Under the pieces are notes generated by a model. It was not told where the DNA came from, searched no databases, and was given only the letters and a program-made list of their open reading frames with translations. 54,933 bases of DNA from a virus. Lineage: Duplodnaviria; Caudoviricetes. This document shows positions 1-9,930 of this stretch, piece by piece. The stretch is from positions 1 to 54,933 of IMG/VR virus record IMGVR_UViG_3300046504_000195, one strand, 5' to 3'. The first letter of the stretch is position 1. Every line of letters begins with the position of its first letter. Made by a program: the position numbers and the translations under genes.

Positions 1-2
1 GT

Positions 3-3000
3 GGTGGATCAACTCCACAACCAATTAATTTATCTCAATATCCAAGAATGGTTCAAGTAATGTCAATTTTCTTAAAAAGATTTTATATTCTTAGTCAATA
101 CGTTCTTCCAAATAGGTTTTATAATGATACTGCATATGCTAATCTTTTTTCTGAATCAGAGGCAATAAATTTAGTTGCTTCTATATCCAATCCAACATAT
201 GTAGAATTATTGACACAATTTGCTAAAGACTATCAAGGAAAACCTGATGCGTTTTATCAATGGATTAGTGTTAATATTCCTAATTTATATAATTTTCCTA
301 CAGGCAAATATGAATTTTTTGACATACTTGACGGTGCTAATATTAATTATAGTGGTCATACTTATAATCCTAATGGTGGCGATGCATATGTAAATAAGGA
401 TGATTTTTATTTTCGTGGATTTACTGTAAATGAAGGAACTTTGAGTGTTCAAGTGCCAACAAGTGGTAGCACAAATCCAATTCAAACATTTATAAGTGCC
501 AAAGCACAAAGTGGTTGGAATAAATTTTGGAAAGGACAGAAACTCGATGCATTTTTGAAATTCACAAATGAAAACGTATTTTTTGTCAAAGATAATAATT
601 CTAAAGACGGTGGAAATAATTTAGGTGTTAAAACAACAAGCCGTTTTCTTGCTCAGTTAGGATATGTTGGAGTTGTACCTATGAATAATCCACTTCAAAC
701 AGAAATGGAATATTCAACACAACCACAAGCAGAATATTACGGTCAATCATCGAGTAGTAGTGGAAGTGCATCAAAAAACCGAATTGATTTTATAAAAACA
801 GTTAATATAATTAATGCCGATGGAAAGCCTAATGGAAATACTGCTTTTATGAAATTAATTCCTCAAGCAGTTGGAAGTAATTCATATGATACTCTTAGTA
901 ATATTGTTGATGTTTGGACTGATCAATTAAGTCAGCATGATGAAGAAATTTATAAAGAAATAATAGATGCAAGTGGTCCACAATACAATCGAGATTTGAG
1001 TTCAGTAATTATTACATCGAATTTTGGCTATTCATTAAGTCCTTTTAGTATATATCCGACAAAATTGAATGAAACATTCTTCAAAATACCTGCAGCCATA
1101 GAAGTACCTTCATATTTGCCATATTATATGGGTTCTTTGGTAGGTATGAGTGCTGAAACAACAGATGTTAAATATCAGACACTATATAATTTTTTTGTTA
1201 CTGGTTCAGGTAAAGCATTAAATAGTTCAGGTGCATTCATTTTCGCAGATATTGCCGATATTAATGCTCAATTGGCATATCATGATAAGTTTATGATCGG
1301 AGAACTATATAACGGTGAATACATGAGTTCAGGTGGCATACATGATAAACTTATTAGTTATTTAAAAATCCTTTCTGGTCCGAATGGTATTGTACAAAAT
1401 GATCCTGAAGTAATTAAAGCAAAAGCCACAGGAGATAAATATAAAATTGCTACTGCAAAGGCTAAAGTATATAAAAAAGCATTTGATTCTAATGATGGCA
1501 ATAGTTCATTCAATACAATTCTTCAACCGTTGATGAATGAATTCAATATTATTAATTTTAGTGAATTGACATTTGGACGTGATATTAAATCCGACATACT
1601 TTATAGAAGTCTTAATGATCTAAACAATCAATTTATCAAATTTCCAAATAAAACTGTTAAGAAATTAAAAGATTCTAACGATAATTTCTTCAAAGTATTT
1701 TTTCAGAAATTAAATGATGGCATAACCACCAAACAAAAACAAATAAAAGATCAGAAAGCCGAAGATTCTAAATTAACTGGAGATGAAGATATTGTAGCAC
1801 AGACATATTATTCATTTAAAAACATCAATGATAAATGGCTCAGTGGACCTCAAAATAATGATCCAAATGCAGGATATCCAACATTTGAAAGAAGACAAAG
1901 TGGGTCAGCAACACCACATTTAATTGATTCATTTGTTTTTGTTGATAGAGCAATGAATCCGGTTGGAGATACTATTATAAATCCAGAAATCCTAACCAAT
2001 ATGTTGGATGATCAAGACATGTCAATATATACTGTATTAACACAATTATTATCACGAAACGGATTTGAATTCTTTCCATTACAGAACTTTATGAAATTTG
2101 ATAAACCAATGGATTGGCAGGATTCATTTAAAATTGATACTATTGGCAATGTTACTCAAGGACCTACATTTGTATGTATGTATATTGGCGGTGGATCAAG
2201 TTATCCAACAGGAATTCAGGCTTTTGGTCAATTTAAAGATGATGGTATTACCGATCTTCTTAGTGCAAACTTACCTGATTTTTCGAAAAGTAGTTGTGAT
2301 ATAGTTCCAAGTAATGACAATCAAGTAGCCACCAATCCTGACTTTCCATTTAGACAAGTACGTGCATTTAGAGTTAGATTTGGCGAACAAAATCAGTCAA
2401 TGTTTACTAATATAAGAATTGATAGTAAAGAATATCCTGAAACCAATGAAAGTATACAAATTATAGCAAGATTGGCTGGCGATAATAAATTACAAGCACC
2501 AACGCCTAAAGGACAGAATTTATACAACCTTTATGAAAACCGTGCATATCGTGCAACTGTAATTGGTTTGGGAAATGCAATGATACAACCAACACAATAT
2601 TTTCAATTGGAAAATGTACCATTATATAATGGTGCGTATCTTATTTTAAGTGTTGAGCATAATATCGAACCAAACAAAATGACAACAACATTCTCAGGTA
2701 CAAAAATATTAAAATATCCTGTACCAAGAGTATTGCAACCATCTGTAATTGTAGGATATCCGGGTGGAAACACCAACAATACTAATCCTGCTGCAGCAAG
2801 TCAGGATGGCTATCATCAAGGAACTGAAGTTGCAGGAATGACACCTGAAAGATTAAAAATGCTCGATTCGGTTTTGGGTGTTGATGTTTCACATTATCAG
2901 GGTAATATAAATTGGATACTTGCCAAAAATTCAGGAGTTAACTTTGCTATTGTAAAAGTTACCGAAGGTGATAAAACATATGAAGGCAATTCAAGAACAT

Positions 3001-3554
3001 ATAATTTGGTGAAAAATATCAGTGATGCACAAAATAATGGTATAAAAGTAAGTTATTATCATTTTGCAAGACCTGGAAATAATGTCGATCCTATAGTTGA
3101 TGCAACAACTGAAGCAAATTGGTTTGTAAGTCACGTAAAAACATTACCTGGAGTTAATTTACCACTTATATTAGATATTGAAGCATATTCAGATACGGTT
3201 CTTTGGACAGATAGAAAAGCAAGTATGCCGATATATGTCTCAACATTTATTGATGTACTGAAATCCAATGGATTTTCGACAATTATATATTCATATAAAT
3301 CATTTCTTGATGAAAATGGCATCACCAATTTTGGTAATAATAAATTGTGGATTGCAAATTATATGAGTTATCCGAAAACCAACCCCGAAAAAGACCTGCC
3401 TTCACTCCCAGTTGGATGGAAGGGAAAAGATTGGCTTGCTCATCAAAACGCACCTATGTGGCAATTTAGTTCACAGGGTCAAATCAATGGAATACAAGGT
3501 AATGTTGATATAAATGTTATGAAAAAAGATTTCTTTAGTAATTCATCCGCATAA
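3..3554 (+). CDS. Large virion (baseplate hub-like) protein with C-terminal GH25 muramidase; 5'-partial
   Basis: Frame is open from base 3. C-terminus has GH25 motifs (GVDVSHYQG, FAIVKVTEG, LDIE, WQFS, NVDIN). Before it is a hub-like segment (GNAMIQPTQYFQLENVP..GAYLILSVEH). Confidence 0.75.
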   Translation, partial: GGSTPQPINLSQYPRMVQVMSIFLKRFYILSQYVLPNRFYNDTAYANLFSESEAINLVASISNPTYVELLTQFAKDYQGKPDAFYQWISVNIPNLYNFPTGKYEFFDILDGANINYSGHTYNPNGGDAYVNKDDFYFRGFTVNEGTLSVQVPTSGSTNPIQTFISAKAQSGWNKFWKGQKLDAFLKFTNENVFFVKDNNSKDGGNNLGVKTTSRFLAQLGYVGVVPMNNPLQTEMEYSTQPQAEYYGQSSSSSGSASKNRIDFIKTVNIINADGKPNGNTAFMKLIPQAVGSNSYDTLSNIVDVWTDQLSQHDEEIYKEIIDASGPQYNRDLSSVIITSNFGYSLSPFSIYPTKLNETFFKIPAAIEVPSYLPYYMGSLVGMSAETTDVKYQTLYNFFVTGSGKALNSSGAFIFADIADINAQLAYHDKFMIGELYNGEYMSSGGIHDKLISYLKILSGPNGIVQNDPEVIKAKATGDKYKIATAKAKVYKKAFDSNDGNSSFNTILQPLMNEFNIINFSELTFGRDIKSDILYRSLNDLNNQFIKFPNKTVKKLKDSNDNFFKVFFQKLNDGITTKQKQIKDQKAEDSKLTGDEDIVAQTYYSFKNINDKWLSGPQNNDPNAGYPTFERRQSGSATPHLIDSFVFVDRAMNPVGDTIINPEILTNMLDDQDMSIYTVLTQLLSRNGFEFFPLQNFMKFDKPMDWQDSFKIDTIGNVTQGPTFVCMYIGGGSSYPTGIQAFGQFKDDGITDLLSANLPDFSKSSCDIVPSNDNQVATNPDFPFRQVRAFRVRFGEQNQSMFTNIRIDSKEYPETNESIQIIARLAGDNKLQAPTPKGQNLYNLYENRAYRATVIGLGNAMIQPTQYFQLENVPLYNGAYLILSVEHNIEPNKMTTTFSGTKILKYPVPRVLQPSVIVGYPGGNTNNTNPAAASQDGYHQGTEVAGMTPERLKMLDSVLGVDVSHYQGNINWILAKNSGVNFAIVKVTEGDKTYEGNSRTYNLVKNISDAQNNGIKVSYYHFARPGNNVDPIVDATTEANWFVSHVKTLPGVNLPLILDIEAYSDTVLWTDRKASMPIYVSTFIDVLKSNGFSTIIYSYKSFLDENGITNFGNNKLWIANYMSYPKTNPEKDLPSLPVGWKGKDWLAHQNAPMWQFSSQGQINGIQGNVDINVMKKDFFSNSSA

Positions 3555-3578
3555 AAAAAGGCATCTTTCGATGCCTTT
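3554..3578. terminator. Bidirectional intrinsic terminator
   Basis: AAAAAAAGGCATC-TTTC-GATGCCTTTT between convergent genes. Confidence 0.85.
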
Positions 3579-3585
3579 TAATATT

Positions 3586-4389
3586 TTAAGTAAGTAATTC
3601 TTTTTTAAATTCATGCAGACCAATTATATTATCATTAATAGTATTTTTACCATATTTCATTTCTTTTATCTTACGAATTGCGTTTGCAATTTTATTATTT
3701 TTTTCTTCAACACTGTCTTTAGGAATACCCTCTAAAATATTAAGATTGTCAGTTTTATATTCTTCAAGCAATTTTTCTTTTTCTGTATCACTCGAATTAA
3801 GAAGTCTTTTCAATAAATTTTTATCTCCTTCGTTCAAAGTATCATATTTTTCGTTAAATTTTTCAATAGCAATTTCAAGTACTTCTTCGTTAATTGGTTT
3901 AACATTAACATCTTCAATCAATATTGTTTTAGGGGTTTTTATGTGATCGAGAACTAAATTAAATGATTCATGTATTGCATCGACATCAATTTTATCGTAA
4001 TCATTAATTGATTCAGTTATTAGAGTATCAATTGCGTTATAAAGTTTGAGTTTTTGTTGTTCACTTACATCATAAAATGGTGGTAATTCTTCACCAACAA
4101 ATCCATTTAATTTCAAACGTTCCTTATCTATTTCACCAATAGTATATACTTCGAACAATTTTATATTGCTGTCGATATAACGTGTTGCTGCCAAGTCGTT
4201 TTCAATATGCTTATTTTCTAAATTATTGAAAACATTAAATTCCAATAGTAAGATTGGAGAACCTTTTATAACATCGAGGAAATCGGTTGTTAGTTTTTTG
4301 GATTCTTCAATCAAATTGTGGTTGAAATACGAATCTTTCAACTTTTTAGAAATTACTAAATTGGCTATTCCTATATTAGTGTTTTTCAT
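3586..4389 (-). CDS. Hypothetical portal-adjacent protein
   Basis: 267-aa ORF with late motif 19 nt upstream. Confidence 0.8.
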   Translation of the reverse strand: MKNTNIGIANLVISKKLKDSYFNHNLIEESKKLTTDFLDVIKGSPILLLEFNVFNNLENKHIENDLAATRYIDSNIKLFEVYTIGEIDKERLKLNGFVGEELPPFYDVSEQQKLKLYNAIDTLITESINDYDKIDVDAIHESFNLVLDHIKTPKTILIEDVNVKPINEEVLEIAIEKFNEKYDTLNEGDKNLLKRLLNSSDTEKEKLLEEYKTDNLNILEGIPKDSVEEKNNKIANAIRKIKEMKYGKNTINDNIIGLHEFKKELLT

Positions 4390-4408
4390 ATTATTTTATC
4401 CGATTTCT

Positions 4409-4417
4409 TATAAATAC
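4409..4417 (-). promoter_or_regulatory. Putative late promoter GTATTTATA
   Basis: Recurrent motif upstream of structural gene starts. Confidence 0.6.
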
Positions 4418-4456
4418 TAATAATTATTATAAAGACTTATTTTTATTATACTTAAA

Positions 4457-6502
4457 TCATTCCTGTACATCGAGGTTTTCGATATCATCAATTTCAATAT
4501 CTTCACCTTCAGTTATTTTTTGCTGTGTATTAATACTTTCACTTTCTTTTAGTAAAGCATCTATTTCACTTACCATGTTTAAAGCAGTAGTATTTAAATT
4601 ACCATTTTTCATATCATTTTCATATATGATTTCTTTCTGCCTTTCTTCCTTTTCATATTCCGGCTTTTGGCTACTACTACCATACACAATTCTTTCTACT
4701 TGCTGATCAAATTCTTTTTCAGTCAATACGTTTCTTCCACGAACACTATCACCAACTACTGGTGGAAGTTCTGCGGGTGTTTGATTTGGTAAACCGGGAA
4801 TTGGTGGTGGAACTTCTCCACCTGCGGGAGCACCGCCACCCATTGGGGGAGCACCTGCACCGCCACCCATAGGAGCACCACCGCCACCACCTGCAGGTGG
4901 CATACCGCCTGTAGTACCGCCAGTTGTAGGAGCACTTGCCAATGCACCTTCAGGTTCACCATATCTCTTATCAATATCTGCAAATAAACCGGACTTCTTA
5001 ATAATAACAGGAGAATCTTGAAGTTCTTGCATAATAACTTTCTCCATTTTCTGTTGTTTCAGGTCTTCAACAATTTCTCTATCACTCATATTGAATAATA
5101 CTCTTTTAGCAGTTGTATGTGACATTGCTGCAATACCACTTTCAGCACGTGTTAATTCAGTATATGTCTGTGCTTTATCACGTAGTAATTCTGACTTCAA
5201 CAATTCTTGTTGTGTTGAAGGATTTGTAAGAGTAAGGTTAAATTCTTTAAGATCATCACCATTATAACCTAATAAATACAAATGGATCATTGCCATTTTA
5301 TTAAGTTCTTGGATCATTGCCTGCTGAATACGATTTACTTTCTTAGAAAATCTAATATCGTACTGTGCCATGTTCTTACCTGCACCTGCAGCATCTTGAA
5401 AACTCAAAAATGGCTTTGGAATGCCTAATCCTGTAAAAAGATTGTCACGCAAGTACTCAATATCCTGAATTGCATCCAAATTACTTGCACCCGGAAGTGT
5501 TTCAATACCTGTTTGCGTATTTGCATTCCTTACAGGCAAGAAATAATCTTCATCATTACCCAAAATGTTGAAACGATAGTCAATTTGACCATCATTTGGC
5601 TGTACTTGTGCTGTTTTTTTGAATTTTGTTGCAACTTTATAGATATAATTCTCAATATCGTCTTCATCTATGTTTCCAACGTCAATTTTAAACACTTTTT
5701 TCTCACCTGCACGAACAATACGATAAGTTAACATGGCATCTTCTGCCATAACAAGTTGCCTGAATACTCTACGGACCTTATTAAGCACTGATGAACCATA
5801 AGGAAGGTACTTATCATCACCCAAAAGTCTAAAATGTGCAATTTCAAACACATTAAATTCATCACCTGTCATTCTTTCTTTGAATTTGACAAGAGGTTTG
5901 CCGTTTTGTATTCTTTCAAATCTTTCAATTTCGTAATTTACAAGTTGTTTTATGTGTGTAATGCCTTTTTTGCGTTCACCATAAAGTAAAACGAAATTAT
6001 CACCATATTTTACAGTATTTCTTACCCAAAATGGTAAATTAACGTTCACATTTACAATATCATAGAAGAATTCTTCCAATAAAAACTTAATGCGGTCTTT
6101 ATTTGAAAAAATATTTAACATTTTACCATTAAAACCAATGGTAGTTGCTTCTTCCATGAACAAATCCAATGCACTACTAATAATTGGATAGAACTCCATA
6201 CCCTCATAGTCAATATATGCGGGTAGTCTGGCTGCTTCATATTGTAATGCTTTTTGGAAACCTCTATCGGTTGTACGGAAAAACTTATTTTGAAGTTCTC
6301 TTTTTTGTTCTAACTCCAAACCTTTTCTGTGAATTTCCTCTGGAGTCATCCCCTTAATAATAACTCTGTCTTCTTTAGGCGGTGGTGCACTTACAGGTGC
6401 TTGTACAGTTGGTGCAGCATTTGCTAAACCCATACCATCTAAGTTCAAGAACTTATTAAGTTGTTGATATATCGTTAATTTATCTTTCTTTTCGTCAGCC
6501 AT
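4457..6502 (-). CDS. Portal protein (T4 gp20-like)
   Basis: EDAMLTYRIVRAGEKKVFKIDVGN, EDYFLP, T.IETLPG..NL..I.DIEY, DIRFSK; Gly/Pro-rich tail. Confidence 0.93.
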   Translation of the reverse strand: MADEKKDKLTIYQQLNKFLNLDGMGLANAAPTVQAPVSAPPPKEDRVIIKGMTPEEIHRKGLELEQKRELQNKFFRTTDRGFQKALQYEAARLPAYIDYEGMEFYPIISSALDLFMEEATTIGFNGKMLNIFSNKDRIKFLLEEFFYDIVNVNVNLPFWVRNTVKYGDNFVLLYGERKKGITHIKQLVNYEIERFERIQNGKPLVKFKERMTGDEFNVFEIAHFRLLGDDKYLPYGSSVLNKVRRVFRQLVMAEDAMLTYRIVRAGEKKVFKIDVGNIDEDDIENYIYKVATKFKKTAQVQPNDGQIDYRFNILGNDEDYFLPVRNANTQTGIETLPGASNLDAIQDIEYLRDNLFTGLGIPKPFLSFQDAAGAGKNMAQYDIRFSKKVNRIQQAMIQELNKMAMIHLYLLGYNGDDLKEFNLTLTNPSTQQELLKSELLRDKAQTYTELTRAESGIAAMSHTTAKRVLFNMSDREIVEDLKQQKMEKVIMQELQDSPVIIKKSGLFADIDKRYGEPEGALASAPTTGGTTGGMPPAGGGGGAPMGGGAGAPPMGGGAPAGGEVPPPIPGLPNQTPAELPPVVGDSVRGRNVLTEKEFDQQVERIVYGSSSQKPEYEKEERQKEIIYENDMKNGNLNTTALNMVSEIDALLKESESINTQQKITEGEDIEIDDIENLDVQE

Positions 6503-6524
6503 TTTATAATTTTTTATATTTTTT

Positions 6525-6533
6525 TATAAATAC
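6525..6533 (-). promoter_or_regulatory. Putative late promoter GTATTTATA (second copy 6560-6568)
   Basis: Upstream of portal ATG. Confidence 0.6.
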
Positions 6534-6571
6534 TTTGATTTTTTGCAAAAGTCATATATTATAAATACATT

Positions 6572-8695
6572 CTATCTTTTCTTTTTATCTTTTATTCCAT
6601 CAAATAACCATGCATTTACTCCATATGGATTCATTGGATTCACACTATCAGGCGAAATCATTGGTCTGTTCTTAACTGTAGTATCTCGGATAAAACGAGT
6701 ATTATTCTCTTTGATAGTATTTGTATTTGTATTACCAGTTTCCATTCTTTTTTTCATTTCATCTGCATCGTTGACCAATATCATTGCATTAAGCATTTTT
6801 TCAGTCAATGCTTTACTTTGTTTAAATCTTGCCATGTCAAAATTTAATACATATAGACCAATTGATAATCCCATAATTGAGTCATCATGAAAACTACGTT
6901 TATGATCTGCAACTCTGTTGCCAGGAACTGTAACAAATGTTTTTAATTCATTTAATAATCTAACTGAATGAATGATAACATCTTCCATATGAATTGCTCT
7001 TTGCATTTCCAATACGACAGATGCCCTATTACCACCAACAAAAAATCCGGGAATTAAATCAACAGTAACAACACTGCCATCTGACATTCTTTTCTGCCCT
7101 TTTTTAACATATCCTTGTAATCTATCTCTTGAAGGCTTATGTGATACTTCAGCATAATGAATATGTTCATCACTATATCCGTATTCAAATAATTTTTCTA
7201 TGCTCTGAACACCATAACCACCTGTTATATCGACTACACAATATGCAAAATTATATCTTTTGCCAAATTGCATTGCAACTTCAGCAAGTTGTTGTGGGGT
7301 TATCTTACCATAATATTCGGCAACTTGTTCAAGTCTATGTCTTTTAATTTTGACCTTTTTAGTACTACCATTTTTAGTAATTTCTCGTTCACTAATTTCT
7401 TCAATGGTTTTTAATAAATTAATTGTGGAATTATCTTCACCATGACCTGGCGAAGCATCCAATGCCATTATGTATTCTTCGGTTGGCAATGGGTCTTCCC
7501 AAATCCACATATTTTTATCAATGTATTCCTGACGAATTGGTGGAAGAACTTCATCTTCCTGAATTCTTTTAAGAAATTCTTCAGCAATAAAGTTATCACC
7601 AGAACCCAAAAATGAACACAAGAGTTCTTGTGCAATTTTACGCATATCACCATTTGCATCACGTACTTGTTCTTCAAACCACGGTGAACTTGCTTCCCAA
7701 CCTTCATCCATTAATTTGATACGTTCTTCATCATTAAATCCAGTATCTTCTTTACGTATTTCAGTTTCTTTGCCTTTATTTTTTAACCAACATAAATCTT
7801 TATTATAACGTGGATCATTAAACCACCATATTTCAACTGGTTCAAAACTATTTTCTCCCCTGCGTGCACCATCGAAATGCTTGTAGAAAACTGCATCCAA
7901 TCCTGATGGTGTTGAAACCATAATTGCATGACCACCAGTACCTAAAGTAGGCTTTGCTGCAGTCCAAAACTTATCACCTTTTTCTGTCCATGCTGTTTCA
8001 TCCCAAAAAATCAGTGTTGGTGTCATACCACGAAGACCTTTAGAACTAAAGGCTGCTAAACGTGAATTATTATCGTAAATTTTATCCTTTTGAGTATCTT
8101 TTAAATTTTTATCAGCAACTCTACCAGTTTTAGGTCTAAGCCATTCAGGGCAACCATCAATAAATAAAACAACATCACTCATAACTTCATCACGAGCAGT
8201 TTCAAGTTTATCGGCAACAATAGCAACCTGTCTGTTACGATTAAACATTATGTACCACGCAATATATCCGCAAGTTGTTGTTGTAATTCCTGCCTGACGA
8301 TATTTATTGGCAACAACGAAACGATTATCCATGTACGTTCGTATCAATTTCTTTTGAAAACCAAATAATCTAAATGGTACAATAAGACCATCTTTTCCTT
8401 GTGTTTGGTCGAAAATTGTTAGATAAGTTTCTATAAAATAAATTGGGTCTGTTTTGCAACGGACAATTTCATGCTCTTGTTCTTCAACAGTTAATTGACT
8501 TGCCTTTTTTGTAACACCATCTTTAGTAGTAATAACGGGTTCAATGACTCCCATTTTTTTTCTCAGTTCGTCTGCTAATTTTCTCAGACGTTCTTTTTCT
8601 TTCTCTCTGGTAAGATCATATGGAATAATCGGAACATGATCTGGAAATTCATCTTGATCATCTTTAATTTTGGTAACATCTATTTCATCACTCAT
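6572..8695 (-). CDS. terL: Terminase large subunit (T4 gp17-like)
   Basis: CKTDPIYF, KYRQAGITT (Walker A-like), LIFWDE (Walker B), VSTPSG, ALD and HDDSIM nuclease motifs; start moved to MSDEID. Confidence 0.93.
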   Translation of the reverse strand: MSDEIDVTKIKDDQDEFPDHVPIIPYDLTREKEKERLRKLADELRKKMGVIEPVITTKDGVTKKASQLTVEEQEHEIVRCKTDPIYFIETYLTIFDQTQGKDGLIVPFRLFGFQKKLIRTYMDNRFVVANKYRQAGITTTTCGYIAWYIMFNRNRQVAIVADKLETARDEVMSDVVLFIDGCPEWLRPKTGRVADKNLKDTQKDKIYDNNSRLAAFSSKGLRGMTPTLIFWDETAWTEKGDKFWTAAKPTLGTGGHAIMVSTPSGLDAVFYKHFDGARRGENSFEPVEIWWFNDPRYNKDLCWLKNKGKETEIRKEDTGFNDEERIKLMDEGWEASSPWFEEQVRDANGDMRKIAQELLCSFLGSGDNFIAEEFLKRIQEDEVLPPIRQEYIDKNMWIWEDPLPTEEYIMALDASPGHGEDNSTINLLKTIEEISEREITKNGSTKKVKIKRHRLEQVAEYYGKITPQQLAEVAMQFGKRYNFAYCVVDITGGYGVQSIEKLFEYGYSDEHIHYAEVSHKPSRDRLQGYVKKGQKRMSDGSVVTVDLIPGFFVGGNRASVVLEMQRAIHMEDVIIHSVRLLNELKTFVTVPGNRVADHKRSFHDDSIMGLSIGLYVLNFDMARFKQSKALTEKMLNAMILVNDADEMKKRMETGNTNTNTIKENNTRFIRDTTVKNRPMISPDSVNPMNPYGVNAWLFDGIKDKKKR

Positions 8696-8734
8696 TGTAT
8701 TGTAAATATTTACAAATAAATACTTACAGTATAT

Positions 8735-8877
8735 AAAAACCGCAAGGCACGGCAATAATCATGTATTGTCGTGCCTCGAAACCTTTTCTTCCGAATATGG
8801 TAAGATAGGCAAAATGCGATATATGTCTTGACATACCGCATTTCGATTTCCTTCACCCAAATGGAGTGATGAACTCC
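8735..8877 (-). ncRNA. Candidate structured late ncRNA / terL 5' leader
   Basis: Non-coding region after late motif 8880-8888 with several hairpins (GGAGT/ACTCC, AAATGCG/CGCATTT, AGGCACGACAATA/TATTGCCGTGCCT). Confidence 0.5.
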
Positions 8878-8887
8878 TATATAAATA

Positions 8888-9370
8888 CTACAGTTTTACT
8901 GAAGAACTCTCTACGAACTCTTTATCTCTTAAAATAATTTTTCTTGCATAAAGTAAATCCTTTACTCTTGCCAATGTCATACCATAATGAAATACTAATA
9001 ATGGCGTATCTTCTTCTTGCTTATCAAACATTTTATCGTATTGATCAAAACCACTATCATTAGGCTTATCTATTTCATACGCCAAGCAATGAATGGTGTG
9101 ATAACCATGCATATATTCCCTATCCACGGCTTCATGTAGGCAAAATAAATCAAACGTGCTTGTTTTTAGGCTAATAACAGCATTTACAAATTCCTCAGTT
9201 GGTGGTAATGCATTATCACAAGCAGGAACTAAATCCCAACACCAACCCTCAATATCTATATTGGTTTCATCATTCGAAAAAATGAATTCATACATGCCTT
9301 CATTTTTTGAATTGAAACCGATTTTAAGTACAAAAATCAACTTGAGTTTTTTTTCATCCACGGTTTCCAT
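8888..9370 (-). CDS. Hypothetical protein
   Basis: ORF; start METVDE follows late motif at 9384-9392. Confidence 0.75.
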   Translation of the reverse strand: METVDEKKLKLIFVLKIGFNSKNEGMYEFIFSNDETNIDIEGWCWDLVPACDNALPPTEEFVNAVISLKTSTFDLFCLHEAVDREYMHGYHTIHCLAYEIDKPNDSGFDQYDKMFDKQEEDTPLLVFHYGMTLARVKDLLYARKIILRDKEFVESSSVKL

Positions 9371-9429
9371 ACTGTGATTTTTCCATAAATACTTTGATAA
9401 AAAGAAAGCCACTTACGTGGCTTTAATTT

Positions 9430-9843
9430 TTATCTACCGAATTCAAATCCAGTTAATTTCTTGATCTCACCTAATGTGGTGCTTAAGCACATATTATAAT
9501 TTTTTAAAATATTCTGTATTTTTAATCCTAACCTAAAGGATATTATCCGGACAATAATTGATATTGTAATTATTGGAAAAAATATTACACTATTATTAAT
9601 AAATAAAATTCCCAAAATCAATATGGCAATACTAACGTAATCTGTTAATTCTTTCCATGAATCCAAGACATTCCAAACATCATCGAAATATTGCATTAAT
9701 ATTCTTCTGTACTCAAGCCAATCACATTCAGAATTATCATCTGCTTTGCCTTGTACTTTCGTAAAGATTCGCATTTCCTTCTGCTTTGAGCCACCAATAT
9801 AGGTTCTGCGATAATTTTTTTTATTAAATGTCCTGTTAATCAT
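9430..9843 (-). CDS. Hypothetical membrane protein
   Basis: Two hydrophobic segments. Confidence 0.65.
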   Translation of the reverse strand: MINRTFNKKNYRRTYIGGSKQKEMRIFTKVQGKADDNSECDWLEYRRILMQYFDDVWNVLDSWKELTDYVSIAILILGILFINNSVIFFPIITISIIVRIISFRLGLKIQNILKNYNMCLSTTLGEIKKLTGFEFGR

Positions 9844-9858
9844 AATATGTATTTGTTC

Positions 9859-9889
9859 ATTATACGTACAAAGATAGTAAATGTTACAA
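9859..9889 (-). promoter_or_regulatory. ECF-like promoter TTGTAACATTT-N10-TACGTATAAT
   Basis: Exact copies at 31283 and 46245; near copy at 23194. Confidence 0.7.
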
Positions 9890-9918
9890 AAAAACCCGAA
9901 TTTCTTCGGGTTCTTTTT
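9889..9918 (-). terminator. Intrinsic terminator (possibly bidirectional)
   Basis: AAAAAACCCGAA-TTTC-TTCGGGTTCTTTTT. Confidence 0.8.
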
Positions 9919-9930
9919 ATTTTTTATTGT

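Noticed and set aside
8775-8877. Hammerhead-like words TGATGA and GAAAC
   Set aside because: Wrong order, and GUGAUGA sits in a hairpin loop.
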